A stretch of DNA of 40,199 bases from Candidatus Micrarchaeota archaeon. Its GTDB lineage: Archaea > Micrarchaeota > Micrarchaeia > Anstonellales > Bilamarchaeaceae. Shown in pieces: positions 16,767 through 27,800 of this stretch. The position numbers were made by a program, and so were the translations under genes. The stretch spans positions 1 to 40,199 of the forward strand of contig JACCLH010000004.1 in NCBI GenBank assembly GCA_013425375.1. The letters are read 5' to 3'. A model generated the notes under the pieces. It saw only the letters and a list, made by a program, of their open reading frames with translations. It ran no database searches and was not told where the DNA came from. How positions within the stretch are numbered: the first letter of the stretch is position 1; the number at the start of each line of letters is the position of its first letter.

Positions 16767-17663
16767 ATGGACGATAACGAACTGGAATTGTTCAGGCAGG
16801 TAGGCAAGATAACCTCCAGGATACGGGAGGACAGCAAGAGCCTGATAATGGTGGGCGAATCCCTGCTGGACGTGGCCGAGACCATAGAGAAGATGATAGT
16901 TGATGAGGGATGCAAACCGGCGTTCCCGGTCAACATATCAATCAATGACATCGCAGCGCATTACACCCCTGAATTCGAGGCTACGGCTTCGCTGGGCGAG
17001 ACTGACCTGGTGAAGGTGGATATCGGAGTGGAGATGCACGGGGCGCTTTCCGATACCGCTTATACCGTAGACCTGGCAGGGACCAACGGCAAGCTGGTGA
17101 AGGCGTCGGAAGATGCCCTGGAGAACGCCGTGAAGGCGATACGACCAGGCACGGCCGTTGGCGAGGTAGGGGCGGTCATAGAGGAGACGATAAAGGGCTA
17201 TGGCTTCAACCCGATATCCAACCTATCCGGGCATATGATAAAATCCAACGAGCTCCATGCCGGCGTGGAGATACCGAACATAAAGACAGACGATCCTTAC
17301 AGGTTCCAGGCACGGGATATATTCGCAGTGGAGCCTTTCGCGACGACAGGCAGGGGCTATGTGGAGGATCTGGAGCAGGTGGAGATATTCTCATTGTACA
17401 CCATGGCGAATGTCAGGATGAGGCAGTCCAGGAAGATTGCGGAGCACGTGATAAACAACTACGGCATGCTGCCCTTCGCCGAGAGGTGGGTCAGGAAGAG
17501 CTTCCAGTCCAAACTGCTGGTGAGCGCTGCCCTGAAGGAGATGCTCCAGAGCCATATGATAAGGGGATACCCGATACTCAGGGAAGTGAGCAGGGGCCTG
17601 GTGTCCCAGACCGAGCATACCATTCTTGTGACTGAGGACGGATGCGAAGTGCTGACGCGATAG
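16767..17663 (+). CDS. map: Methionine aminopeptidase type II
   Basis: AFPVNISIN..AAHYTP, KVDIG, DTAYT, NLSGH, AVEPF, EHT motifs. Confidence 0.96.
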   Translation: MDDNELELFRQVGKITSRIREDSKSLIMVGESLLDVAETIEKMIVDEGCKPAFPVNISINDIAAHYTPEFEATASLGETDLVKVDIGVEMHGALSDTAYTVDLAGTNGKLVKASEDALENAVKAIRPGTAVGEVGAVIEETIKGYGFNPISNLSGHMIKSNELHAGVEIPNIKTDDPYRFQARDIFAVEPFATTGRGYVEDLEQVEIFSLYTMANVRMRQSRKIAEHVINNYGMLPFAERWVRKSFQSKLLVSAALKEMLQSHMIRGYPILREVSRGLVSQTEHTILVTEDGCEVLTR

Positions 17664-17791
17664 AAGATTTTTCCCTAGAATGGCCGACCAGCTCACGTGG
17701 CTTTCTCTGAATCGGAGTCCACGTGCCCTTAGTATGACGGAGAAGGGCAACGAAAAGCATTAGAATGGGAATACATAAGGAATACCTCATT

Positions 17792-17891
17792 GGGCCCGTA
17801 GCTCAACTTGGATAGAGCGAGTGGCTTCGGATGCCTTCCTCTAATCGCGGAGGAAACCACTAGGTTGAGGGTTCAAATCCCTTCGGGTCCG
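17792..17891 (+). tRNA. tRNA-Arg(TCG) with canonical 37/38 intron (17831-17855)
   Basis: GGGCCCG/CGGGTCC acceptor, AGTGG-CT TCG GA-CCACT arm after removing 25 nt; BHB central helix CTTC/GAGG. Confidence 0.93.
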
Positions 17892-18002
17892 ATATCTTCC
17901 TTATTCTTTGCATTTCCGACAGATGCCGATGGGTATTTCGCATGATTTTAAAATCAGGCGGCTTAATTGCTAAAAGTCCAACCCATAGCTTAACGTGATG
18001 AT

Positions 18003-19811
18003 ATGGATTTCGTATTCAAGATAGCCGGCCAGGCCGGAGCAGGCGTCATGACGACCGGCAGGGTGATGGTGAAGTGCTTCACAAGGGGCGGCTACAATGC
18101 CCTGGGCTACCCGGAATACCCTTCGCTCATACGCGGAGGGCACAACACCGTGCAGGTGAGGGTGAGCGACAAGCCCATCCACTCGCCGCTCCAGAAGAAC
18201 GATCTGGTTTTGGCCCTGAACAAGGATGCCATATTCTATCATATGGGCAGCATGGCCAGCGGCGGCATGATCATATACGACGAGGCTATAGACGCCTCCA
18301 AGTTCACAAAAAGGCCGGATGTGCAGATGCACCCGCTCCCGCTTGCCAAGCTCACCCAGGCGGCAGGGGGGACCGAGCAGATGAAGAACACTGCTGCGCT
18401 CGGTGCTGCCCTTGCGGCTGTGGACTACCCCTTCAGCGTGCTGGAGGGCATCATGCGCGACGAGTTCAAGAGGAAGGGCGAGGAGGTCATAAAGCAGAAC
18501 GTGGATGCAGCCAAATCCGGCTATGATTATGTGAAAGGCAATGGTGTGCGCGCCTCCAAGACCATGAAACCCCTGTCAGACAGCAGGAAGATGGTGATAA
18601 CAGGCAACGAGGCAATAGCCCTGGGCGCCATCAGGGGCGGCATGAAGTTCTATGCCGCCTATCCGATGACGCCAGCATCTACCATACTGCATTCCATGAT
18701 AGACAATGAGAGGCGGTTCGGCCTGGTCGTGAAGCAGACCGAGGATGAGATAGCTGCCATCCATTACGCCATAGGCGCTTCTTTCGCAGGGGTGAGGGCG
18801 ATGACCGGGACTTCAGGAGGAGGGTTCGCTCTGATGACCGAAGCGCTTGGCCTGGCAGGCATGAGCGAAACCGGTATCGTCGTGGCAGTTGCCCAGAGGC
18901 CCGGACCGAGCACCTGCCTTCCCACCTGGACCGAGCAGGGTGATCTCAGGTGCGTGCTCCATGCTTCACAGGGGGATTTCCCAAGGGCGGTCCTGGCCCC
19001 TGGAGATATGCAGGAATGCTTCTTCCTGGCAGGCAAGGCGCTGAACCTGGCTGAGAAATACCAGACACCTGTGATAATACTGACAGACAAGAACCTGGCC
19101 GAGACCGCTTTCTCAACCGAGAAGTTCGACCAGTCCAAGGTGAAGATAGAAAGGGGCAAGATAGCCAAGGGCCTGCCCCAGCTGGCCAAGATGACAAGGT
19201 GGAAGCGCTATGCGCTGTCAGAAGACGGGGTCTCCGAAAGGGTGTTCCCAGGCACTCCGAATGGGATGCATGTGACCTCGTCATACGAGCATGACGAGAC
19301 CGGATTCAGCAGCGAGAGCTTTGCCATGCGGAAAGCCCAGGTGGACAAAAGGGCGAAGAAGCTGGAGGCCATGGCAAAGGAGATGGAAAGGCCTAAGATT
19401 TATGGGGCCAAGGATGCTGAAGTCACCCTGGTGGGCTGGGGTTCCATGAAGATGGCCGGGCTGGACGCCCTGCCCATGCTTGAAGCGAAGGGCATAAAGG
19501 CGAGGTTCGCGCATTTCACCCATCTGTTCCCGCTTGACCCCAAGGATATGAAAAGCGCGTTCAGGGGCTCCAAAGTCCTGATTATGGTGGAGAATAACCC
19601 GACCGCCCAGTTCGCAGGGCTGGTCAGGGAGCAGACAGGGATCGAGATGGACTTCCACCTGCTGAAATACGACGGCAGGCCGGTCTTCCCTGAGCAGATA
19701 GCCGAGGAAGTGGCCAAGCTGAAGGCCGCAGGATATCAGGGGCCGAAGGAGATAAGGATGGTGGAGAAGGAAGACCTGGAGTATTACAATCCCCAAAGGC
19801 ACGGGCTATAG
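18003..19811 (+). CDS. korA: 2-oxoacid:ferredoxin oxidoreductase alpha subunit (gamma-alpha fusion)
   Basis: IRGGH, GNEA, YPMTP, EDEIAA, TSGGG, QRPGPST motifs. Confidence 0.93.
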   Translation: MDFVFKIAGQAGAGVMTTGRVMVKCFTRGGYNALGYPEYPSLIRGGHNTVQVRVSDKPIHSPLQKNDLVLALNKDAIFYHMGSMASGGMIIYDEAIDASKFTKRPDVQMHPLPLAKLTQAAGGTEQMKNTAALGAALAAVDYPFSVLEGIMRDEFKRKGEEVIKQNVDAAKSGYDYVKGNGVRASKTMKPLSDSRKMVITGNEAIALGAIRGGMKFYAAYPMTPASTILHSMIDNERRFGLVVKQTEDEIAAIHYAIGASFAGVRAMTGTSGGGFALMTEALGLAGMSETGIVVAVAQRPGPSTCLPTWTEQGDLRCVLHASQGDFPRAVLAPGDMQECFFLAGKALNLAEKYQTPVIILTDKNLAETAFSTEKFDQSKVKIERGKIAKGLPQLAKMTRWKRYALSEDGVSERVFPGTPNGMHVTSSYEHDETGFSSESFAMRKAQVDKRAKKLEAMAKEMERPKIYGAKDAEVTLVGWGSMKMAGLDALPMLEAKGIKARFAHFTHLFPLDPKDMKSAFRGSKVLIMVENNPTAQFAGLVREQTGIEMDFHLLKYDGRPVFPEQIAEEVAKLKAAGYQGPKEIRMVEKEDLEYYNPQRHGL

Positions 19812-19819
19812 GTGATATC

Positions 19820-20689
19820 ATGGTGACGATAGCAGATTTGAATGTGAAGGAAAAACCGCAGTGGTGCGCTGGTTGCGGCAACCATGCCATAGTGGTGGCT
19901 GTCAAAGGCGCTCTGGCAGAGCTTGGGATACCCCAGCACCAGACAGTGATATCGTCAGGGGTAGGGTGCAGCAGCAAGCTCCCCCATTATGTCAATACCT
20001 ATGGATTTGAGGGGCTGCACGGCAGGTCGCTGCCAGTGGCCTCTGGCATAAAGCTCGCCAACCATAAACTGACTGTCCTGGCAGTGGGCGGCGACGGGGA
20101 CGGATATGGCATAGGCTCAGGCCATTTCATGCACATCATGAGAAGGAACTACGACCTGTCATACATCGTCCATGACAACCAGATATACGGCCTGACAACC
20201 GGCCAGGCATCCCCGACCTCGCAACCTGGGATGAAGACCAGGACAACGCCCTATGGCGTTGTTGAGACGATATTCAACCCCCTGGCTTCAGCCATAACAG
20301 GCGGTGCGACATTCGTGGCAAGGGCTTTCGCAGGCGACCCGGCGCATATGAAAGAAATGTTCAAGGAAGCCATAACCCATCGTGGCTTCGCCCTGGTGGA
20401 TGTGCTCCAGCCATGCGTCACGTTCAACAAGCTGAACACCTATGACTTCTTCACCAAGAGGTGCTACAAGCTCGATCAGGCAGGCCATGATCCCTCGGAT
20501 ATAATGAAGGCCCTGGATAAGGCGATTGAAGGCCCGAACACCAATTATGAGAAGATTGCCATAGGAGTGTTCTACAAGGTCCAGAAACCGCTTTATGAGG
20601 ACAGCCTCCCCCAGATAAAGGAGAAGACGCTGGTGGAACAGGAGCTGTCAGGCATAGATATCTCCGCGGTCTGCGAAGAGATGATGTAG
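19820..20689 (+). CDS. korB: 2-oxoacid:ferredoxin oxidoreductase beta subunit
   Basis: WCAGCG, SGVGCS, LHGR, GGDGD, NQIYGLTTGQ.SPT, QPCVTFN motifs. Confidence 0.94.
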   Translation: MVTIADLNVKEKPQWCAGCGNHAIVVAVKGALAELGIPQHQTVISSGVGCSSKLPHYVNTYGFEGLHGRSLPVASGIKLANHKLTVLAVGGDGDGYGIGSGHFMHIMRRNYDLSYIVHDNQIYGLTTGQASPTSQPGMKTRTTPYGVVETIFNPLASAITGGATFVARAFAGDPAHMKEMFKEAITHRGFALVDVLQPCVTFNKLNTYDFFTKRCYKLDQAGHDPSDIMKALDKAIEGPNTNYEKIAIGVFYKVQKPLYEDSLPQIKEKTLVEQELSGIDISAVCEEMM

Positions 20690-20694
20690 CTTTA

Positions 20695-21978
20695 TCATCC
20701 GATACCATAAACGCGCTTGTGGTAATCCAGGAACTCTGAGACCAACCACGCGGATTTGTATATCGCCAGCGGCACCAGGTACTCTGCCTGGTCGTAGCAC
20801 TCCTTCGGCGAGAGTTTTCCGGTCTTCTTCTGGTCCTTTACCGTACCCATATGGTCCACGCTCCTGTAGCGCTGGGTGTTTATGGCGATTTTGTCTATGA
20901 ATGCACCAAGCTTCTGGCCCACATTGCCTTTCGTCCAGGACGTGTCGAGCTTCGGCCGCGCGATGCCCTTGCTGCTCCATATCCTGATATTAGGCGAGTC
21001 TGCCTTCCTGGCTATGTGGGGATAATCAGCAAGCGTGTACCATGGCTCAAGCGAATCAAGCCCTCCGGCTATTCCGGGACCGTGGGGGTCGTTGTGCACA
21101 TGGGTCGGCATATGGATGTCCTGGACCAGGTGCATCATGTGCCCCAGCGCGCAGAACGCCCTGGGCATGTCTCCCTCTGCATAATACCTGGCGGCCAGGT
21201 CCCAGTATTGCATTATCCTGTCCTTCGCGCTCTTGAACTTGAGGTCTCCGTTGAGAATCTCAAGCCCGCGCGACGTTCCGTCGCTCAGCACCTGCAGGAA
21301 GTGGGAATGGCTGGGGCTGTTGAGATCGCCCAGAAGATTCGAAGCCAATTCGAAAATCCCGGTGGTTATGCTGGGCACATCATCGTAGTCAAGCCAGTCC
21401 GGCATCCCAGTTCTCCTCCTTGGCACGCGAGGTTCCTTCCGGATGAGGTCTTCAAGTTTCTCGCCTGGTGCGAACACATAGTCCTCGGCCATGGAACCGA
21501 TTATTAGGTGGAGGGTGTATCTCTGGATGAGCGGGTTGGTGCCGAGCAGCTTCGCGGCCTCGTAAGAGAGATACTGGTGGCTGGATTCCTTGCCTGCGAT
21601 GAGTTTGGCCACCGCATCCTGCGCCTCGAGGTAATTCATGTATTTCCTGCCTTGGGTGGCAGGAGTCTCGCCTGGCAGCAAGATGTCCACCTGACCCCAG
21701 TTCATTATCTCGATTATCATGCGCGATACGGACTCGCAGGCATGAGCCGGGTCGGTGTCAAAACCGCCGCTGTCGAAACGATTGATGTTCGGCTTGGCCG
21801 GCTCTGGCCAGTATACAGATATGGGTGGTATGTAACCGGGCCGCCCATCTATGAAGGCAGGCTGAAGGACCATGAAGTCTGACATTACGGCTTCTTTGAC
21901 TCTAATGAAAAATTCCTTTACCCGCGCAGCAGTCTCTGACTGGCGCGGCATACGGAGATAAGCATGTAGCTTCTGCAT
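20695..21978 (-). CDS. Zn-dependent phospholipase C / S1-P1 nuclease superfamily protein (putative)
   Basis: SHQ, GS..ED, SHF, LGH..HL.QD...P.H motifs; GGGGTGG RBS before the ATG at 21978. Confidence 0.65.
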   Translation of the reverse strand: MQKLHAYLRMPRQSETAARVKEFFIRVKEAVMSDFMVLQPAFIDGRPGYIPPISVYWPEPAKPNINRFDSGGFDTDPAHACESVSRMIIEIMNWGQVDILLPGETPATQGRKYMNYLEAQDAVAKLIAGKESSHQYLSYEAAKLLGTNPLIQRYTLHLIIGSMAEDYVFAPGEKLEDLIRKEPRVPRRRTGMPDWLDYDDVPSITTGIFELASNLLGDLNSPSHSHFLQVLSDGTSRGLEILNGDLKFKSAKDRIMQYWDLAARYYAEGDMPRAFCALGHMMHLVQDIHMPTHVHNDPHGPGIAGGLDSLEPWYTLADYPHIARKADSPNIRIWSSKGIARPKLDTSWTKGNVGQKLGAFIDKIAINTQRYRSVDHMGTVKDQKKTGKLSPKECYDQAEYLVPLAIYKSAWLVSEFLDYHKRVYGIG

Positions 21979-22074
21979 CTTTCCCACCCCATAAATGTAT
22001 ATATAGAACAACTTTTAAAGATGCCACTACCGCACCGGGCGAAGGGTTTAAACGCCGTGATGAGAATATGATGT

Positions 22075-23682
22075 GTGGAACTTATCCCGAGGGCCTACCA
22101 GCTCTCCATATACGAATCCATAAAGCAGCATGGCAATACCCTAGTGGTACTCCCAACCGGGCTCGGCAAGACCCTCATCGCGCTCATGCTCATCCAGGAC
22201 AGGATGAAGCTCGGCAGGTGCCTTTTCCTCACTCCGACAAAGCCGCTCGCCAAGCAGCACCAGCATTCGGTCATGAAGACGCTTGAACTAAGCGATAAGA
22301 ACGTGGCGCTGGTGACAGGCGAGATAGCCCCGGCCAAGAGGAAAGAGGCGTACATCACTGATGTCATAATCAGCACCCCGCAGACCATCAGGAACGACCT
22401 GGATAATGGGGTGCTTCAGCCGGATTTCTCTCTGGTGATTTTTGACGAAAGTCATCGCGCGGTTGGGGATTACGCTTATACGCAGATAGCCGAGAAGCTG
22501 AGTTCGGAAAAAACGCTTTTCGTGGGGCTCACCGCCTCGCCCGGGGGCAGGATGGACCGCATCCGGGAGGTCATGGACGCCCTGAGGATAAGCAATGTGG
22601 AGATACGCAGCCATGAAGACCCTGACGTGGCGCCATATGTGCAGAAAAGCTCTGTGACCTGGATACCTGTGGAGCTTTCCGACCATTTCAAGGAGATAAA
22701 GAAGGAGCTGGACAGCCTGACTGCCAAACATGCCCAGAAGCTGGCCGGCATGGGGTTCCCTCCGCCATTGAAGCACAAGGGCAAGTTCATGGAGCTGAGG
22801 CAGAGGATACTGAACATCCCGCACAACATCAAATATCCGGCGCTCGTGCAGTATTCGGTCCTGCTGCACCTGCTCCATATGACCGAATTGCTTGAGACAC
22901 AGGGCATCTACCCGATGAGAAGCTACCTGGAGAAGCTCGGCCAGAAGGAAAGCAAATCCGCGAAGATGCTTCTGCACGAGGAGGGGATGGCGAAAGTGAA
23001 GCTTCTGTGCCAGAAGGACGAGGACCACCCGAAGATGGCCGTGCTGGTGGAGACAGTGAAGAGGCTCGCTGGTAAGAAAATCATCGTGTTTGTGCAGTAC
23101 CGGGCCCAGATAGCCAGGATAGAGGCAGTGCTTAAGGAGAACGGCATCACCGCAAGGCAGTTCGTGGGCAAGAAGGACGGCGTCACGAAGAAAATCCAGG
23201 AGGAGACAATCGCTGATTTCCGCGAGGGCAAGTTCGATGTGATGGTGGCGAGCTCGATAGGCGAGGAGGGGCTGGACATACCTGCAGTGGATGCTGTGAT
23301 ATTCTACGAGCCTGTGCCGAGCGAGATAAGGAGCATACAAAGAAGGGGAAGGGCGGCAAGGCTGAAGGAAGGAGAGGTAATCGTGCTCATGACAATGGGC
23401 ACACGGGATGAATACCATCATTATGCTTCAACCAATCGCGAGAAGAGGATGAAAAAGATACTAACTGGCATGCAGAGAAGCAAGAAGGCAGGATTCCAAA
23501 GCGCAGATAGGCTCGATAAAAAAGAGAAACAACCCGAAAGCGAAAAACAAACAACAAAAAGCGAAAAAAACCAAAATACCGAAAGCGCGGACCCGCTCGC
23601 GAAAGAGGAGCGAACAAAAAAACAAAAAGCGCCCGAACCGTCCCCGCGTCAGGCAGGACAGACAAAGATGACTGATTTTTGA
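22075..23682 (+). CDS. Hef/FANCM/Mph1-type SF2 helicase with no C-terminal nuclease domain
   Basis: PRAYQ, LPTGLGKT, DESHRAVGDYAY, TASPG, EEGLDIP, IQRRGRAAR motifs; ends in PIP-like QTKMTDF. Confidence 0.88.
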   Translation: MELIPRAYQLSIYESIKQHGNTLVVLPTGLGKTLIALMLIQDRMKLGRCLFLTPTKPLAKQHQHSVMKTLELSDKNVALVTGEIAPAKRKEAYITDVIISTPQTIRNDLDNGVLQPDFSLVIFDESHRAVGDYAYTQIAEKLSSEKTLFVGLTASPGGRMDRIREVMDALRISNVEIRSHEDPDVAPYVQKSSVTWIPVELSDHFKEIKKELDSLTAKHAQKLAGMGFPPPLKHKGKFMELRQRILNIPHNIKYPALVQYSVLLHLLHMTELLETQGIYPMRSYLEKLGQKESKSAKMLLHEEGMAKVKLLCQKDEDHPKMAVLVETVKRLAGKKIIVFVQYRAQIARIEAVLKENGITARQFVGKKDGVTKKIQEETIADFREGKFDVMVASSIGEEGLDIPAVDAVIFYEPVPSEIRSIQRRGRAARLKEGEVIVLMTMGTRDEYHHYASTNREKRMKKILTGMQRSKKAGFQSADRLDKKEKQPESEKQTTKSEKNQNTESADPLAKEERTKKQKAPEPSPRQAGQTKMTDF

Positions 23683-23689
23683 GTTCTGA

Positions 23690-24874
23690 TCATTCCTTCT
23701 TCCTGCCCACCCTGCTCACGCTGGTCTCAAGCACGAAGGCCAGCTCATCCTCGCTGAAACCGTAGAATTCCATGAGATGCTCGGCGTTCTTCTTACCCAT
23801 TTCCTTCAGGACAGGAAGATAGACCAGCGCATCCTTCCGGTTGGCATGGACCTTCGCCCCTATCTTCAGCCCGACGGCCTTGAGCATGGCTCTCCTTTCC
23901 ATGGTCCTGGACATGCTCCTAAGGTATTCAGGGAAATTGTATTTCGTGAACTTGTGGTAGGGCGCCTTCTTGGCGATTGCCACCCCGGCGGTCGCGAGGT
24001 CTATGGAGTATTTCAGCAGCTGCCAGTGGGATTTCCTTATCCTGCCGTCAAAGACATCGGCCTTTGACAGCGAATCATAGGCAGCGGATATGTCCTCTGC
24101 GCTCTCATATTCCGCAGGTATGTTCTCGTCTATCCAGAGCTTGATGATGTCGTAGTCTATCTCTCCGCTGACTGCCTCGCGGGCTGCAGCATAGGTCTCT
24201 GCCTTGAACACCCCACGGACGATCTGGAAGATGTCCTTGTCATGGGTCCTTGAAGTCGGACCAAGGGCCTGGAGGTCGTTGAGGGCTGCGCGCATGTCGC
24301 CTTCTGCCATTTCGGATATCCTGTCCAGGGTTTCAGGTGATAATGCCAGCTTCTCGGCTTTCGCCACATGCTCCAGCCGCTTCCTGACAGACAGCTTGTT
24401 TATCTTCTTGAAATCCACGATTTCGCATTCCGCCCTGATGGAAGAGAAACTCTTGTCCCAGATGTCTGTGGCTGTGACGATTATCGGGCATGGGGAGTCT
24501 GCCAGGAAGTTCTTGATGGCAGTGGAACCGCCGCTGTCCTTTCTCCCTGCGAGGACATCGGCATCGTCTATCAGGACAAGCTTAGACCGGCCGAAAAGGC
24601 TGGAGGCGAGGGCAGAGCCGCCGACAACGCGCTCCACACGGTCGCGGTTCCTGAGCTCGCTTGCGTTCATCTCTATGAGGTCAAGGTCGAACTGCTGCTT
24701 CAGTGCGTATGCCAGGCTGGTCTTGCCTGTTCCTGGAGGGCCCCAGACGAGCAATGGCTTCCTGGCCTTCTTCGCCAGCCAGTGGAGCATCCACTGCTTG
24801 GCGTGCTCGACCTTCTCCTGGTTGCCGATGATGTCATCGAGCTTTTTCGGGGCGTATTTCACTGTGAATAGCAT
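23690..24874 (-). CDS. rfcL: Replication factor C large subunit
   Basis: KYAPK, GPPGTGKT, IEMNASE.R, DDAD, GDMRAALNDLQ, WIDENIP motifs. Confidence 0.93.
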   Translation of the reverse strand: MLFTVKYAPKKLDDIIGNQEKVEHAKQWMLHWLAKKARKPLLVWGPPGTGKTSLAYALKQQFDLDLIEMNASELRNRDRVERVVGGSALASSLFGRSKLVLIDDADVLAGRKDSGGSTAIKNFLADSPCPIIVTATDIWDKSFSSIRAECEIVDFKKINKLSVRKRLEHVAKAEKLALSPETLDRISEMAEGDMRAALNDLQALGPTSRTHDKDIFQIVRGVFKAETYAAAREAVSGEIDYDIIKLWIDENIPAEYESAEDISAAYDSLSKADVFDGRIRKSHWQLLKYSIDLATAGVAIAKKAPYHKFTKYNFPEYLRSMSRTMERRAMLKAVGLKIGAKVHANRKDALVYLPVLKEMGKKNAEHLMEFYGFSEDELAFVLETSVSRVGRKKE

Positions 24875-27800
24875 GCTTCTCCCAGAACCTGCCCACTTCT
24901 TCTTCGGGCGTGTCGGTGATGACTATTCTCTCCTGTTTATTTAAAATCCAGCTGTACTTCGACCACTGGAACCGCTCGTCCATATAGACGACCGCGACAC
25001 GGTCGCTCTCTTTCCGCCTCGCCCTTCCTGCTGCCTGGAGGGCTTTTATCGTCCCTGGGTAGAGATAGCCATAGTCCCAGCCCCTTCCGAACTTCTCATC
25101 ATAATAGTCTATCAGGGCCTGCGTCTCAACGCCCATCTCTTCCAATGCCACGCCTACTATGACCACTGTCTTTATCTCGCCCTCGCAGTAATCAACCCCT
25201 TCCGATAGGCTTCCACCTTGCACCCCGCAAAGGGTTCCCCCGTCCTTGAAGTCCTTGAGCAGCTGCCTGGTCTCATAGGGCCGCATGCCGAGCTTCTGCA
25301 CGAGCAGGTTGCGCGAGCGCATGAGCGGGAGGACCGAGTCCATCACCTTGTAGGAAGGGAAGAAGACGGCCGTGCCGCCAGGGGTGCGCGAGATTATGCG
25401 GTCGGTCTTGTCCGCGATTGCTGTGTATTCCTCCATGCCGCGCCTTGAATATTTGGTGGTGAGGTTGTTGGTGATTATGTTGGTGGTGTTGCGCCTGTCG
25501 AACGGCGAGGGATAGGTGCGCATCACTGTCCGTTCCTTGTCCAGGCCGAGTATGTCGCGGTGCATCTCAAGCGGGATGAGGGTGCCGCTCATGAGGACAG
25601 CGGATGCGCAATGGTTGAGGATGCGGGTGGCAGGAGAGGGGTCCAGCAGGCTCTTGGAAAGCAGGTGGGTGGTGCCTCTTCTCCTTAGGACCCTGACGCA
25701 CTCATGGGAGGAATCGCCCCACTCGGTGAAGAATCCTGCCAGCTTGAGGCAGGCGCTCTTCTTGCCGGTCTTCTCAACGAAGTCATAGCCTGCCTCAGCC
25801 AGGCGATTTGCTGCCTCGTCCATCCCCAGGCCGAACTTCTCTATGAAAAGCTCGAAGCTTTTCGCTGCGATTATGCGCTCCTCCTCTTTTGGCAGCATGG
25901 AGGCGCCCCACAGTTCGAACTCCTCTTTCACAGGCCCTGCGTCAAGGCCAAGGAAGCGCATCTCCTTAGCCATCCTGCTGAAAGTGAAGGTGCCTATCCT
26001 GCTGGAGAGGCTGTCCCTGACCCGTTGGGCCAGGTTGTGGGCTTCGTCTATGATTATGATGGAATCCTCTATCCGCTTCTTCACCTTGCCCAGGAAGATG
26101 TCGCGGATGTGCGGATTCATGAGATGGTGATAATCCGCTATGATGACATTGGACTCCTCGCCGAGCCTGAGCAGCCATTCGTATGGGCAGGAGCAATACT
26201 CCCTGCCGATTTTTATCAGGTCGTGATGGCTCTGGGCCACACCGTACTGCTCCAGCACCACGCGGAAAGTGGAGGACGCCTTAGCTTCTTGTATGCGGTT
26301 GTATCCCCTTGCGTTGCCGTAGTACATGCATTCCTTGTTCTTCCTTTTCTTGGAGCACAGGGTCTGGAAGGCATCGTGATCCAACCGGCTGATATTATCA
26401 TCTATGCAGCAGTGGGAGCGACCGACGATGTCGACTGCCCTGAGCTTGAGCTGGGGGTGCTTTTCTGCTATGCCTTTCACGACCTCCAGAGCTATCTTGT
26501 GCTGGGAGATTTTCGGGGTGAGGAAGAAGACAGTGAGGTCGTTCTCAAGGGCGTATGTTATGGCTGAGGAGAGCGCCGCGTCGCTATTATGGGCAATAAT
26601 ACCTTCGGCGACAAAGTTTTTTGCCGCTGGCACACTGAAATCAAAAACCTCTTCCTCCGGCATATTTTGTATTTCGACTATATCATCCCATAGGATATCG
26701 GAATTGAGAATGGCTTCTAATCTGGAGGGATATTCGTTTCGGCACTTATTCTTTTTAAGAAATTTTATCAATAAATCGAGCGTATATCTGGTCGGTTTTT
26801 TATTGCCAACCAGATATTCGCAAAGCGAATCATAAAGCTTGTTTCCCCACGGCACTTGTTTTCTAAGTTCCAAAAGAAAGGCACTGTCGATTTCGAAGGT
26901 ATCTATATTTGGGTTGGTTTTCTTGTTCTTAAGACTGGCCAGGATTGCCCTTAATCTTGATTTTTTATAGCTTACCGTGAAACCAATGAATTTTTCAAAT
27001 TGCACAAGGGAAAGACGGTCTGATATCCTTAATATGAAATAAGTACCGTATCTTCGATTTGCCTTTTTTCCCATCTGTGAAATAATACCGAATCTGAGCA
27101 ATCCGAATTTGAGTGTCCTAACCAGCCTTTCGGATTTGGTAGTGAGGCAAATGGAGTTTGATTTCTCCACATAACCATCAGTATCAAAAAGACCGCTCAG
27201 AAATTCCGCGAAGATGCTCTGGGGTGACACCATAATCTCATTTGGAACGTAAACATGAGCACATTTGCCGCCCTTTCTGCCGATTCTGACGTCAGGGGAA
27301 CCGTACTTTTCCAGAAATTTCTTCAGAACGACAGAATCAACATGGTAATCTGAAGTCCCATACCTCTTTAAGGTCAGTCCAAGTTCGGACATTGCCATGC
27401 TTATCCGTTCGATGATTTCTGGTGATTTTAAGGTAAATCTGATCCGTATTCTCGAGTTGAAACTTCCATCCCCGATAAACGCCCCCACCAAGTAAGATAT
27501 ATTTTTGGTGAGACGGATGGCATATCTTTTTACATTGGTCGCATGAGGGCTGGTTGGCTCAAAACCGAACCTTTGAGGTGATCTCGGGGTTACAATCAGC
27601 CTGCGCACCGTGGCGATTTTCTCTCCCAATTTCAAATTCTCGGCCTTTTTCCATCCACAGGGAGTTAAAAATTTGTGGGAATATGTCGACTTAATCTCAT
27701 AACCGTGGCGTGATTGTATTCTGCAGATTTTTTCCTTTCCGACCTTTACCATGAATCCTCGCTTGAGGGAAAGTGTATGAGTTTCGGAAATAGAGTTCAC

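Noticed and set aside
17694-17725. CACGTGG/CCACGTG inverted repeat after map
   Set aside because: A single modest hairpin, probably a 3' stability or terminator element, with no further support.
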